Part shown: one piece after another, positions 14,450 to 25,915 of the stretch
How positions within the stretch are numbered: position 1 is the first letter of the stretch
Layout of the letters: each line of letters starts with the position of its first letter
From: Camelus ferus
Taxonomy: Eukaryota
Length of the DNA stretch: 64,000 bases
Reading direction: 5' to 3'
Assembly: GCF_009834535.1 (NCBI RefSeq)
Contig: NC_045697.1
Span: forward strand, 93,808,001 to 93,872,000
Notes under the pieces: generated by a model
Seen by the model: only the letters and a program-made list of their open reading frames with translations
Databases searched by the model: none
Told to the model about the DNA's origin: nothing
Translations under genes and position numbers: made by a program

Positions 14450-14545
14450 TAACATTATATGGCGTATAAACTATAAAAAGATTGAATCACTGTGCTGTAC
14501 ACCTGAAACTAATATAATATTGTAAACCAACTATACTTCAATAAC
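14450..14545 (+). mobile_element. LINE-1 extreme 3' end inserted in the ERV-L dUTPase region
   Basis: gaatcactgtgctgtacacctgaaactaatataatattgtaaaccaactatacttcaataa is a typical laurasiatherian L1 3' terminus. Confidence 0.85.
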
Positions 14546-14838
14546 ATTTTTTAAAAATTTTATGATATTATTACCAAGATGGATGTAAAGGTGTATTTCT
14601 GGCATTCAGTTAATCCTCAAAGTGCCTCTAATTGCTTCAAATATCTATGTCCCCTGATAGGTATTAGTGGAGGATATCAGTGTGCAGTGCACACAGAACC
14701 ACCAAGTGCTGCAAGGGTAAATATCAGACTCACTCCAAAGATTGAAGAACCAGCTGAATGTGCTAGTTGAAGGCAGAAGTAACATGGTAATGGAGGAAGG
14801 CAATGACTGACTTAGGTACCCATGATTTCTTTCTTGCC

Positions 14839-15232
14839 TTTTTTTTTTTAATTGTAGCAGTAAAAAAGACCATTTATTACTATGCCCGACTTTGTGCTAA
14901 GCATTTTATGTACATTGTCCCTAGCTCTCACCAGTCTTAGAAGGGAGGTACTATTATCCCTATTCTACAGATGCACAAACTGAGGCACCTGGAGATTAAC
15001 AGTAGTTCAACAAAATGGCACAGATACGAAATGGCACAACCAGGCTTCTACCCGATAATCCAGCGCTCTACCCACCCTAACAAAGACCCGAACGCAGAGG
15101 TCTTGGTCTGAGACACACCCTGGTTGCTAGAATTTTCTCCACCCACCAACCCTGCACCCCAAGCCAATGCAGACACTGAGACACCCTCCAGACCTAGTGC
15201 CTGGACGTGCCCTTGGAGCTCACAAGAAATCC
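14839..15232 (-). pseudogene. Retrocopied transcript 3' end (non-coding processed fragment containing a MIR)
   Basis: T11 at 14839-14849 (poly(A) on minus); AATAAA on minus at 14873-14878, 23 nt before the tail; flanking direct repeats tctttcttgcctt (14828-14840) / tcttccttgcttt (15233-15245); MIR at ~14870-15070 plus ~160 bp of unique GC-richer sequence. Confidence 0.7.
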
Positions 15233-15400
15233 TCTTCCTTGCTTTGCTTTTTTAAGTATACATTTATATTGATTAAGCTTTTCTTTTTCTTATTTACCCT
15301 GCTTCCCAAGTTTTCATTTTTTTTAAATCAGGTATGTTGGTGTTGTTAAAATAAAAATTTGGTAGAGAGGTTACAGACTTAAATGGGATTATGACTGAAG

Positions 15401-15462
15401 CAGAGAAGAAATCACCTAAAGGTGACACATCCCAGAGAAGAAATCATCTAAAGGTGACACAT
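15401..15462. repeat. Tandem duplication, 30-bp unit with 32-bp period
   Basis: cagagaagaaatcacctaaaggtgacacat at 15401-15430 and 15433-15462, one mismatch. Confidence 0.95.
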
Positions 15463-15630
15463 TGACTTACTGGATTTCTGGGGGCCTGCTTCCATTTATA
15501 GATGTAACTGCATTGTATCAAACTTGTTTGTTTTGTTGTTGTTGTTATCAGGAAGCTTAAATATGGGGGGAAGTATTTATGTGGAAAATGAATAAATAAA
15601 GAATATCTTTATTTATGAATAAACTAAAGA

Positions 15631-16095
15631 TACCAAGTATTGGCTCATTAATGCTGATTCCACAGGCCATGCACAATTCCTTCCTGTACGTCATAGAGTG
15701 AAACGTTTATAAACACCATCTCCCATTGTTTCTTACAGCTAGAGTTTCAGATGTTGTTTGTCCTCATCCAGTTCTCATCCAGATACCTTTTCAAAATGTA
15801 TTTCATCTTGCTACATGTGGAAAAGAGACAGGCAGAAAGGAATATTTTTGATGGCAGAGATCATCTTCAAGTCTGAGGTTCTTAGCCTGCTGCTGGTGTG
15901 GCTGGAGGTAGCTTTCAGATATTCTAGCCTCCTGACTGTGGCAGGGGTTCTAGTCAGTGACTCAGTTATGCAATGTAGCCTGAAGAGTTTTTACTGCTCT
16001 AAAATTTGTTAATTCTAAAATTACAAATTTATCTGGACAATAAAGGGCTATCCGTCTCTGTAAATAAGAATGGATTTCTCCCATTTCAACTGCTT
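15631..16095 (+). mobile_element. 3' LTR of the ERV-L provirus
   Basis: Follows the ERV-L 3' internal end (ggaagcttaaatatgggggg). taaacaccatctcccattgtttcttacagctagagtttcagatgt and agcctcctgactgtggcagggg parallel the 5' LTR motifs. Confidence 0.6.
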
Positions 16096-16699
16096 TCAAA
16101 TTCAACACAGTAATTCCTTGTTAAAACTGAAGGAACCTAATATAACTATCACAGGTGTCAAAATTCAGAAATAAAAATTATTTATCACAGCCTAAAGGCA
16201 ACTTTACTGAAATGAGGAGAAGCATTAGACCGGTTATCATGGGAATATATTCATGTCTTCTTATGTGAAGGATTGCTCTAGCTTTAGGAATACTTAGAAA
16301 TAAAACATGACCTGTGATATTTAGGCAGTAGTAAAATAAATTATCTTACCTTCAAATTCAGAAGTTATTTCAAAATTGAAAGACACAAAGTAAAAATAAA
16401 TTCTAGAGATACATGGTGTCAAGGTACTGTGGATATTCCTTAATTATACATTTGTGCAGGTAGTAATAAAATAACTATACTTTTAGAATGATATTTAACA
16501 CATAAAAACACACAGATTCTTTATTAGAAAGTACAGAGGGTGTTCTATATTATTAGACTACGCAGTGTTTTCAAACAACACTCCCATAATTGCCCTGTTT
16601 TAACAAGCCTCAGGTGGTTGCTGAGTGATCTCCTCAAATGGGTTGCTGTGTAGTGGTGTCCACGTAGGTCCTAGTGTGTTACAGCAGTGCTGCCCGGGA

Positions 16700-17000
16700 T
16701 GACTCCTCCACCTCGTCCTTCATGTCATTTCACACAACTCCTGCTTTCCCTTCGAAACTCTGTCCACGAGCCACCTCCGATAAAGATTTCTCTTCCTTTC
16801 CCTGAGGGAAATTTTGAGTTGGTGCACCATTTCTGAGTTCCTGGAGCGCCCTATTTGTATGTATTTTATGCACTTACCATCATGTACAATAATTGTTGGT
16901 TGGTTTGTTTTTACCACTAAACTATCATGTCTAATGAGCACTTTTAAAGCTCTTTACCTCATTATCTACAGTTTCCAGCACAGGGCTGGTGATTTTACTT
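16700..17000 (+). mobile_element. L2 LINE 3' fragment
   Basis: gcacttaccatcatgtacaataattgttgg...ccactaaactatca...tttccagcacagggctgg is typical of L2 3' ends. Confidence 0.6.
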
Positions 17001-18861
17001 CATTCATAATAATAGCATGAAAATCTTGATTATGGTGGTGTTTTCCACAAAGATATGATCCGTGGATAGGAAAATCATGAATGACTGAAATATAATTAAG
17101 TAATACCTGGCTACATGCTACAGTACCTGTCCTTGGATCATTCATTATCATAGAGCCTGCCCCCCCCCCCCCGCCTAATGAGGGTGGCTTTTCCCCATTC
17201 TTCACAGAAAGGAACTCAAAATCTTTGAGTGTATTGGAAAAAATAATTCTAACTTTAGTTCACCAGAGATTCTCTTGGAGAGCTTGAGCCAAATACATTT
17301 CTAAAATAAGATTCATTGAAATTTAATAAAATTAACATTGATTTCAATAAATGAATAAATAATTTCCTATCGTGATCTTGAAAAATGAGTAGCAAATTAG
17401 GTGCCAGTCATATCAATTATCAAGACCTTTTTAATCAAAAGTTATTTAAAAGGTTTATTTTGATTTGAAAAGAGCTAAAGTGTACTCATTATTTCTTGCA
17501 TTGTAATAAACAGAAACTTAAAAGGTTAAAAGAATAAACATCTGCCATTGCTCCTCAGTCTTTGGATCAAATGGGAGGTCCTACTGAACATATCCAGGCT
17601 CAGCTCATCTTATTACAGAGATAAGGTCCCTGAACAACATCAGGCACTCCGAGATTAATAATCCAAGGTCATAAGAAATATCACACATTCAACCACCATC
17701 CAGTTATTTAATAAGTATTAATTAGGCACTTAATGCTCAAACTTCCTTGATATACAGAGGAGGCAATGAGATCAAATACTGCAGTATAAGTTGTGAAAAA
17801 AAAACGAGTAATGCTAAGAATAAATGCTATCTGCCTTCAAGAAAAATAAAGGCTACTATGAATTGACATATTTCTTTTATTCAAATAACAAATTACGGTC
17901 GAAATCTCAAATATGAGTCAAATCCAAAGGAAGTAAAGATTGCAAAGACAAGGCAAAGGTAGAATGAATTAATTAGTATTATTAGTGTTGCTTATTTGTG
18001 TTTACATTGCAGCCTGGGTAATAATAAAAGAAGCTGAGGCAAGGGACAAAAAGGTACTGAAACTTTATTATTATGCCCAATTGTGAGGAGAAACTAAGAT
18101 ATAAGCTGAGGTCAGAGTATCCTCTTGTGTTGTGATGAGCTTTAGCCGAAGGTATTATTGAAAACAAAGCTACACAGCCATGTGTACTGAGGTGAAAGAT
18201 TAAGAATAACCCCTAGATGCACATGGGAATCTCCTACGCTCAAATAAGTAGGTTAACAAAAGATTTTTAAAAGATTTTTCTACATATGGGAGTCAACACT
18301 CAATTCACAAATCCTGCCAAACCTGAAAAATCAGTGTCAGTACAACTGCATTCTTTAGCTTACAGCTCAACTCAAGTTTTCTGTCTCATAAAAAAAAAAA
18401 AAAAAAAAAATATAAAACCTACCCACGTTTTCTAAGGGGATGAGGAGAAAATTCTAAAACTGGAAAGGTAGAAATTGGGTTTCTGCTTGCTTGGCTCTTC
18501 CTTTTCTTCTGGATTCTTTGCTTTCAGAAAGGATACATTCTTCACTGTTCTCTCATGCCATAAATGTGGATAATGGTGAAAACTCTATTCAGTGATAAGA
18601 GGCCTGTAATTATCCCACCAGCCAACAAGGTGGATGCTTACCTCTGAGTGCTGCACGAGGAAGCCCTTTACTGCCACACATTTAAGTTACAAACTTGCTT
18701 TTGTCAGGTAAAAAGAAAAACAGTATTTTGTCTCTACCTGTCCAAATCCTTCGTCTGTTTAATGCTTTAGAATTCAGACAGACAAGGTAGGTGTTACTGA
18801 CTTGGCTCCTTCCAAATCTATAGGTATGAAACATGTAAATTACTTACTACTTTCTCTGCGT

Positions 18862-19030
18862 TGTCAGAGATGGAGATTTGTTCATGATTGGGATATTAGG
18901 AAGGGTTTAGAGAACAATCCCTATGAGGGAGTGAATGAATCAGGAGTGACTGGACGGAGAAGTTGAACCATAATTCAGGACAACATGGGCCACCTCAATA
19001 TCATGGGCAATTGTGAAACAGGAATGACTT
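18862..19030 (-). mobile_element. ERV-L LTR fragment (LTR33-like)
   Basis: gagatggagatttg...gaacaatccctatgaggga...ggagaagttgaac matches recalled antisense LTR33-like sequence. Confidence 0.55.
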
Positions 19031-19697
19031 TCCTTCCTTCCTTCCTTTCTTTTTGATTTAATTTCGCTGGTTGATTGTTTGCCTAGTCATTTCGTTGTTT
19101 AGTCATTTTCTTCCTAAGATGCACTGGAAGAAGACAAAAGGTAAGTGAAGACTGAAAGAGCAAAGAAGAGGAACATGTCATAGCAACACGGTGGGAGGAC
19201 AAAGGGAGATTTGAGCAAAACACTGAACAAAGTTTTAAGAACGGACGTGTCTAATATTCAACTTCCTACGTAGTAGGCAAACTATAGATGTCATCTATGT
19301 ATCCACTAAAGCCATCTCAGAGGTACGTTCTTTTATGAATATTATTTATTTCAATAAGTAAGTATATGTGAGTGCTATTAAACATTTATTCTGTTTTACA
19401 ACTCTTCCTATTAAAAAAAAAGTGCTGTTCTCCATCTGAGCAACACAGAATATAAAAGTAATAATGCATATGAATAATGAGAACAGTCCTAAATTAAATT
19501 AATTAAGCAGAGGTGAGAGGTCCCTTCTAGATGGGACTCTAATTAATACTACCCTTAGGAATTTTCAGAAATGTCAAGGAAGGCGTCTGACTTTCAGTAA
19601 TGCATGAATGGAAATTAAGTTAACCTTACATATATCTTAAAGAGCAGAGGGACTCTGGCTGATAAATTAATTATATTGCCTAAAACTCTTCCTTTTT

Positions 19698-20570
19698 TTC
19701 ATTTATTCATTTATGTGACTAATAATTGTGGAGCACATATTACTGTCCAGGTAACACAGAAGCCACTGGGCATGTAATAGTGGACAACACAGACCCAGTC
19801 TTTGTCTTCAGGAAGTTCATATAGCATTTCCCATTTTATTGTGCTTTGCTGATACTAAACTTTTTTTCAAATTGAAGGCTTGTGGCAATCCGGCATGGAG
19901 CAAGTCTGTCAGCACCACTTTTCCACCAGCATTTGCTCACTTTGTGTCTTTGTGTCAAACTTCAGTACTTTTCTCAGTATTTCAAACTTTTTCCTTATTA
20001 TTTTATGTATTATGGTGATCTGTGATCAGTGATCTTTGATATGATTACACTACGGCTGAAGGCCAAGATGATTGTTAGCATTTTTTAGCAATAAGGTATT
20101 TTTTAATTAATGCAAGTACATTGTCTTTTAGACACAATGCTATTGCACACTTAATAGACTACAGTATAGTGTAAATATAACTTTCATAGGCACTGGGAAA
20201 CCAAAAAATTCCTAAGATTTGCTTTTACTGCAATATTCACTTCATTGCAGTCATGTGGAACTAAACTCACAATCTCTCCATGGTATGTCTGCCATCTAGG
20301 GTAGACTGCAGGCAATCAGTAGATAAACTAAAAGTAAACCAAATTTACAGTTTGTGAATTTTGTGTTTCAAAGGAACTAAAGAGTGGTGTGATTGCTAAA
20401 CCAGAGTGATTTCATTTATAGGCACAAGGAGATGGATTCCAAGAAGAAAACTAAGGGCCAAACAATTAGAAGAAACTAGAGTAGAATTTTCAGGCATAGT
20501 AACTGGAAAGTGGAAAGGCCTTGAGACAGAAAAGAGGTTGGTATACTTAAGGCAGTGTCAGAAGTCTGTA
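19698..20570 (-). mobile_element. L2 LINE 3' end interrupted by a Tigger1 derivative
   Basis: ttcatttattcattt...gagcacatattactgtccagg...acagacccagtctttgtcttcaggaagttcata, resuming after 20291 (gtggaaaggccttgagacag). Confidence 0.7.
19822..20291 (+). mobile_element. Tigger1 internal-deletion derivative (Tigger1a-type, TcMar)
   Basis: Tigger1 left end (aaattgaaggcttgtggcaatcc, ggtgatctgtgatcagtgatctttgat) joined to the right end (gctattgcacacttaatagactacagtatagtgtaaa...ggtatgtctg). Confidence 0.92.
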
Positions 20571-21829
20571 TAAATTCAAGCTTCATTCTGGAAAACAACA
20601 GCCACTTGTGAATTCCAGAGGTAAAGAATTTAATTTAGAACCAGGGATTAGGATTTCAGACTGGCACATGGTCAGCCGGTACTATGGCGGCAGGAGATGA
20701 AGAGACTGTTTCATCTCTCTTTAACACAATATACCTTTTCCAGGAAGCGCTCTAGCATACTCCCTTGGCTTCCTTCAGCTAGCAATGCCAAGATGGGAAG
20801 GGGACAATACATCTAACAAAAGAATGACTTACAATAATTTATCTCTTCCAGCTTGTGGACACACTTCCTGACCCATGGCAGAAAGAAGGTAATGAAATTT
20901 GGAACAAAACTTGTCTTCCAACAATAAGAAATGGACAATAGAATAGATCTGTGTAGGCAAATAGCCACGTTCCCCACAGAAAGAACCTTAATATATCATT
21001 AGATTAACTGTGTTAATTCTGTTGTTTAAGGCTTCTACACATTTTCAAAACTTTCAGGTTTGCTCTAACAGGAAGTTTTGAGAAGATAAAGAGAGATTAT
21101 GATTATTTACTATGATTATAGATGTAGTCATTTCTTCTTAGTATTCTTTCAATGTGTTTTTAGACTATCTAAATTTTGTTAGCACCATGAACGTTATAGT
21201 AGTAATTCTGCTTGATGGACTATTGTTTTGTAGAAAGATAATACACTAATCATTACATATCATTACTATAATATATTAATGATAATACACTAATCATTGT
21301 TCTTTTATTTGCTCATATTTTTGTAAGTGACTTTTCTTGTAGTTAGTCCATAGCAACTATATTGTCTGGAGAGATAGAGTGATTGAGTGATAAAGAAGCA
21401 GCCAATATTAAATTAGTTTGTAAAGTGTTTTTCTGAAAATTAAGAGTAGGTCTTAGTAAGAAAACATAGGTCTTTTTTTTTAATTTTGAAAGCAAATATT
21501 AATAGGACTCTTTTCTCCTGGAGAATAAAATAAAATCACTTAGACTGAGACATGGGGAAAGGTGAGGAAAAGACTACTATGTAGGTGCAGGAGGAGCCAA
21601 CAGATGCAAAATTCAAAGGCTTCTAATGTTAAGCAAAGTAAAAAATATTCTTTAGTCATTTTTGCTCTGATTCATGCTACCACCAGAGAATCACCTTTAT
21701 GAATTTACTGCATGTGAACTTCAGCATTATTTAATCTGAAAAGATTATTAGTCTGTATATGTGCTGACTGAATCTCTCCAGAAATATCCCGTTAGAAAGT
21801 AACTTAATATGTTAAATACACATAACAGT

Positions 21830-24450
21830 GTTTTAAATGCAGATATTATGGCTGAAATAAAGAATTCTATTTGTTTCATCAAGGGAACCACCCTCCTATC
21901 ATAAACATACAGAAAACTAGACAAAATATGGGAAATAACTGTTTTCAGAATGGACAACATGTAACAGTTGATGGTGATCCTTGAGAAGGGAAACTGCCCC
22001 TGAGAAGCTGAAACCCAAACAGCACTGTGGTTTTTCTGAGCTGAAGAGACAAAGATCATATTTGATAAAGCTAGAATGTTCTGGGTACAGGATGAGAAAT
22101 GAGACAGCTAAACAGAGAATAAGCTCCAAAGATCTGCAGAGGAGGCTACTTGAGACTTAGACAGAGTACAGTCCTGTGCATAAAACTAGGGTTTGAAATT
22201 CCTCAAGATCAAGAAAAGAACCACCAGTGAATTACAGGTCAAACCTTTCTCAGAGCAGAGGGCTGGGAAGAGTTTCCAGTCTCACCAGCCAAAATCAGGA
22301 AACCTCATAAAGACAAGGTGTTGGGTGGAACCCTCCAAGGGGTCATACCCTAGATTGGGGCTAGATTAGTCCTAGAGGAAAGAGTACTCTCAACACACAT
22401 AAAAATGCTAAAAGCAAATCTCTGAAAGATAAAACTAATCTTCACTAATTTATGTGTGTGCAAGAACAAAGTCCTGTACTCTTTGAATATAGCACTGAAA
22501 ACACAAAATCCATGATGGACAGCATCCAAAGAAAATAATTGGCAAGAAATGAAGCAAGAAAATATAAAATATAAACAGAAGAAAAATTAATAGCAATCAC
22601 AGAGAAGACGAAATAGGCAGGTGACTTTAAAACAGAAATGTTTTATAAATTATAAAATATTATTATTATGCTTATGGATGTAAAGGAAAACTTGAACATA
22701 ATAAAGAGAAATGAAAGACAAAAAAGTACGAATGGGACTTCTATATAAGAAAACTAAAATGTTTTATTTAAAAAATAAAGAGGATGACAATAACAGAAGA
22801 AAATGTCAGTGAGTCTGGAGTCATACCAACAGAAACTATCTATCCAAAATAAAAAAGCAAGACTGAGAACAGAAAAAATGAATAGCCCTTCAGTGACCTC
22901 TGGGATACATACACATACTGTAATTGAAATTCCAGAATGACAGTGAGGAGGGGGAGAAAAAATATTTAAAGAAATAATAACCATAAATTTTCTAAGTATA
23001 ATGGAAATGATGAAATCCCAGACACTAGAAAGTAAAATAAGTTTAGAATAACTTTAGACATAAAATAAACCACACTAAGCACATCAAATGACTGAAAACA
23101 ATGAAGAGCATCGACAAAAGCAGTCAGAAAACAAAAACAAACATTATGTATAATAGGGAAAAGACAAGCATTACATACTCAGAATTCTATGCCAAGTAAA
23201 AGTATCTATCAAACATAAAGATAAATCAAAGATGTTTCAGAGAAATGAAATCTAGGGGATTCTTTACCAGTTGACCTGTACTATCAGAATGTTTTATGAA
23301 GTCCTTTAAGGAGAAGAAAAAATAATACCAAATGAAAATGTGTATGCACACAATTGGATGAAGAATGCATTAAACTGCAAATATGTAGGTCTACGTAAGA
23401 CCCAGTGTTCCTTATTTTTAATAACTTAAAAGATAACTGACTCTTTATGGTGGGTTTTAGAGCATATATTTAAGTAGAATAAAGCCAAAATAGCACAAAA
23501 GAAGAGAGGAGGAAATTGGAAGCATATGTAATGTTATAAGGATCTTCAATCATACATAAAGTATAATATTATTTTAAGGTAAATTCTAATAAGTCAAAGA
23601 TATATTTTATAAACCCAAGAGCAACCATTGAAAAGAGTTCTAGCTAAAAAGCCAATGTGGACATAGCATAGAATCATAAAAACAATCTAACAGAAGGGGG
23701 AAAAAGATGGACGTGGGAAGAAAAAAGAAATGCACAAAAATAGAAAACACAAACCAGATGGTAGATTTTAAAACCATTTACCTAAATGTAAGTGGCCTAA
23801 ACTAAAACTGTTCAATATAAACATAGTTGGAGCCACTAACATAATTTAAATATTTCTGTGATCCACATTAGGCAATAAAAAGGTTAATTTAATAGTATAT
23901 TATATTTAAACAAGTATTATTTCAACATGTAATCAATATAAAAAGCATTAATGAGACAGTCCCCATTTTATTCTACATCACTGAAATCTGGAATGCATTT
24001 TACACTATAGCACATGTCTCAGGTATCCATTCAGCAACATTTCAAAGCTCACCAACCACGTGTTCCTAGTGGCTACCACACTGAAGCGTGAAGGTATAAA
24101 CCATGCTAATTAAAATACAAGCATTGCCAGAGTGTGAAAAAAAAAAGGACCAACTCTACGATGTCCAAGAAAGTGATTTTAAAATATATAGATAGAGAAA
24201 AACTAAAAGATGGGAAACAATATACCAGACGAACACCAACCAAGAATGCTAGAGTAGATATATTAATATTAGACAAACTAGACTTCAGAACAAGACATAT
24301 TACTAGGGATAAAGTGGGACACTTCATAATGATAAAGGACACAGTTCACCCGGAATATCTAATGAACTAATCTGTCTAAGTATCTAATAACAGAGTTTCA
24401 AATAGATAAGGAAGCAGAAACCAATGGTAACTTTTGAAGCCACTGTGCAC
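21830..24450 (+). mobile_element. Old LINE-1 5' portion (5'UTR, ORF1 remnant, start of ORF2 endonuclease)
   Basis: A-rich strand; ORF1-like cagtgacctctgggat...aaaatatttaaagaaataata. ORF 24134..24370 (ARVDILILDKLDFRTRHITRDKVGHFIMIK) is L1 ORF2p endonuclease sequence. Confidence 0.85.
23803..24093 (+). mobile_element. MER33 (hAT-Charlie) nested in L1
   Basis: ttcaacatgtaatcaatataaaaagcattaatgaga...gcaacatttcaaagctc...ctagtggctacc matches MER33. It splits the L1 ORF2 start; degenerate 8-bp TSD gcctaaac / gtataaac. Confidence 0.85.
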
Positions 24451-25807
24451 TTATAAAATACTGAAGAATATGTGTGTTTGTATGTTTGTGTGTATGTGGA
24501 GAGAGTGACAGAGAGAGAGAGAGGAGCTTTACTTTTAAAAATCTTAATGTATAATACAAATACATAGTTAATATGGCAAAAATATTTATTTCACTGTGTA
24601 ACTCATCTGGAATACCAACTATTCTATGCATTGAAGATAACTGTAAGTTATTCTTGATGACTTTAATTATTCATACTTTTAGGAATTTTGTGTTCAAAAC
24701 CTCTTTGTCATGCACGCCAAGATATTCTAGGAAATCATGCTTTCTAACATTCTTATGCATGAGTTCCTCTTGTTCTTATTTTCTTTTTTTAATGATCCAT
24801 TTCACAGATAAGCAGAACAACAGGAGTTGGTATACACAGATTGTAATGAATAGACCTATAACTTCAAGTATCCATTGTATTTCAGTTTTTCCTATGGAGG
24901 CTGTTTCTATCAACATGTTATTTTCATGGAAATAGATGCGAGAACAAAAGAAAGTATAATCCAAGCATATACTATTATAAACTGCAAACAGTAATTGATG
25001 ATATGAAAATAATGTCCTCAGGTATTTGTAAAAATTCATTCCATAAATAAAAGAGTAATTAAGAAAACCAAAATTCATACAATGATAAATAATGATAAAA
25101 TGATAAAAATTGAAAATTACTAAAGATTTACTGAAGACAACGAAGTTATAATTCTAAGAATATATACAATGAATACAGACAGATACGACTACAAGCATAG
25201 AAACTGACGTGTGCTTTATATGTGGGAATTGATCACCTTTCACTGCCTAAGAGATTACAAGCATGATTCATTTTGACAGTGGAATAGGAACCTTCTCAAC
25301 TGGCTTCTTAGTTACAGATGTATCAGATAGACCATAGTCTCACATCAGTAACTTAAATGAAAATAATCAACACTTGATAACTTACAAGAAAGATACAGCA
25401 TAAACGTATGAGTGCAAGTCTACGGCATTCCATTTTTCTCAAAGACTATAAGAATTTTTGTAACTCATACTTCATAGTTTGTTTTTAATTTGTCAACCTC
25501 TTTACTCCTTTGTATTTTAGAGAAATGAAGTAACAATAATTTTGCTGACAACCTTCATTATGTAAACGAATCATTTTAATTGATTAATAAGTTTGTCAGA
25601 ACTATAAATTACATGCATAGGAACATATAATGTAAAATAGATGTACAGTATCAATTACAACTATGAACCATTGAAATATTTAATATTTGAATTAAAAACC
25701 TAAAATAGCCAGTATATTTTAATGAAATGCAGGCATAGATTGGTTGGTAGAAAATTTTATTAGAAGACAGAAATACTCTGTGCCAACCCCCAGGCTCAGA
25801 GCTATAA

Positions 25808-25915
25808 TAAGTTATCTCATTACAGTCTCACAACGAACTCTTGAAGGATGTATCAGTGCTTATGTTACATGAGCACAGTGATGCTGAGAGGGTTTGGTAG
25901 CTTGCACAAAGTCAC
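25808..25915 (-). mobile_element. MIR fragment
   Basis: atctcattacagtctcacaac...tgatgctgagagggtttggtagcttgcacaaagtcac is MIR core in antisense. Confidence 0.65.

Larger units (their letters stand above)
12206..15630 (+). mobile_element. Decayed ERV-L internal region (gag, RNase H end, integrase and dUTPase remnants; protease and RT missing)
   Basis: gag-like ctgtgggttggtgaattataatgtaggttcaatt (~12640); RNase H end tttccatatgaatgct (~13500); integrase Zn-finger region tggctcatgc...ctgctaagtgtctaatctgc (13611-13720); integrase core ttccacacaatagtatctc...ttcactggtcacaccatgt (~13940-14020); dUTPase-like 14270-14440. Order matches ERV-L. No intact ORFs. Confidence 0.85.

Noticed and set aside
12656..14770. 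ORFs inside the ERV-L as a domesticated retroviral gene
   Set aside because: They are short, frameshifted and mostly off-frame; no long intact gag, pol or env remains.
17160..17172. C13 homopolymer as a G-quadruplex element
   Set aside because: Isolated mononucleotide run with no supporting context.
18388..18415. Long A run as a retrotransposon tail
   Set aside because: No element body and no convincing TSD.
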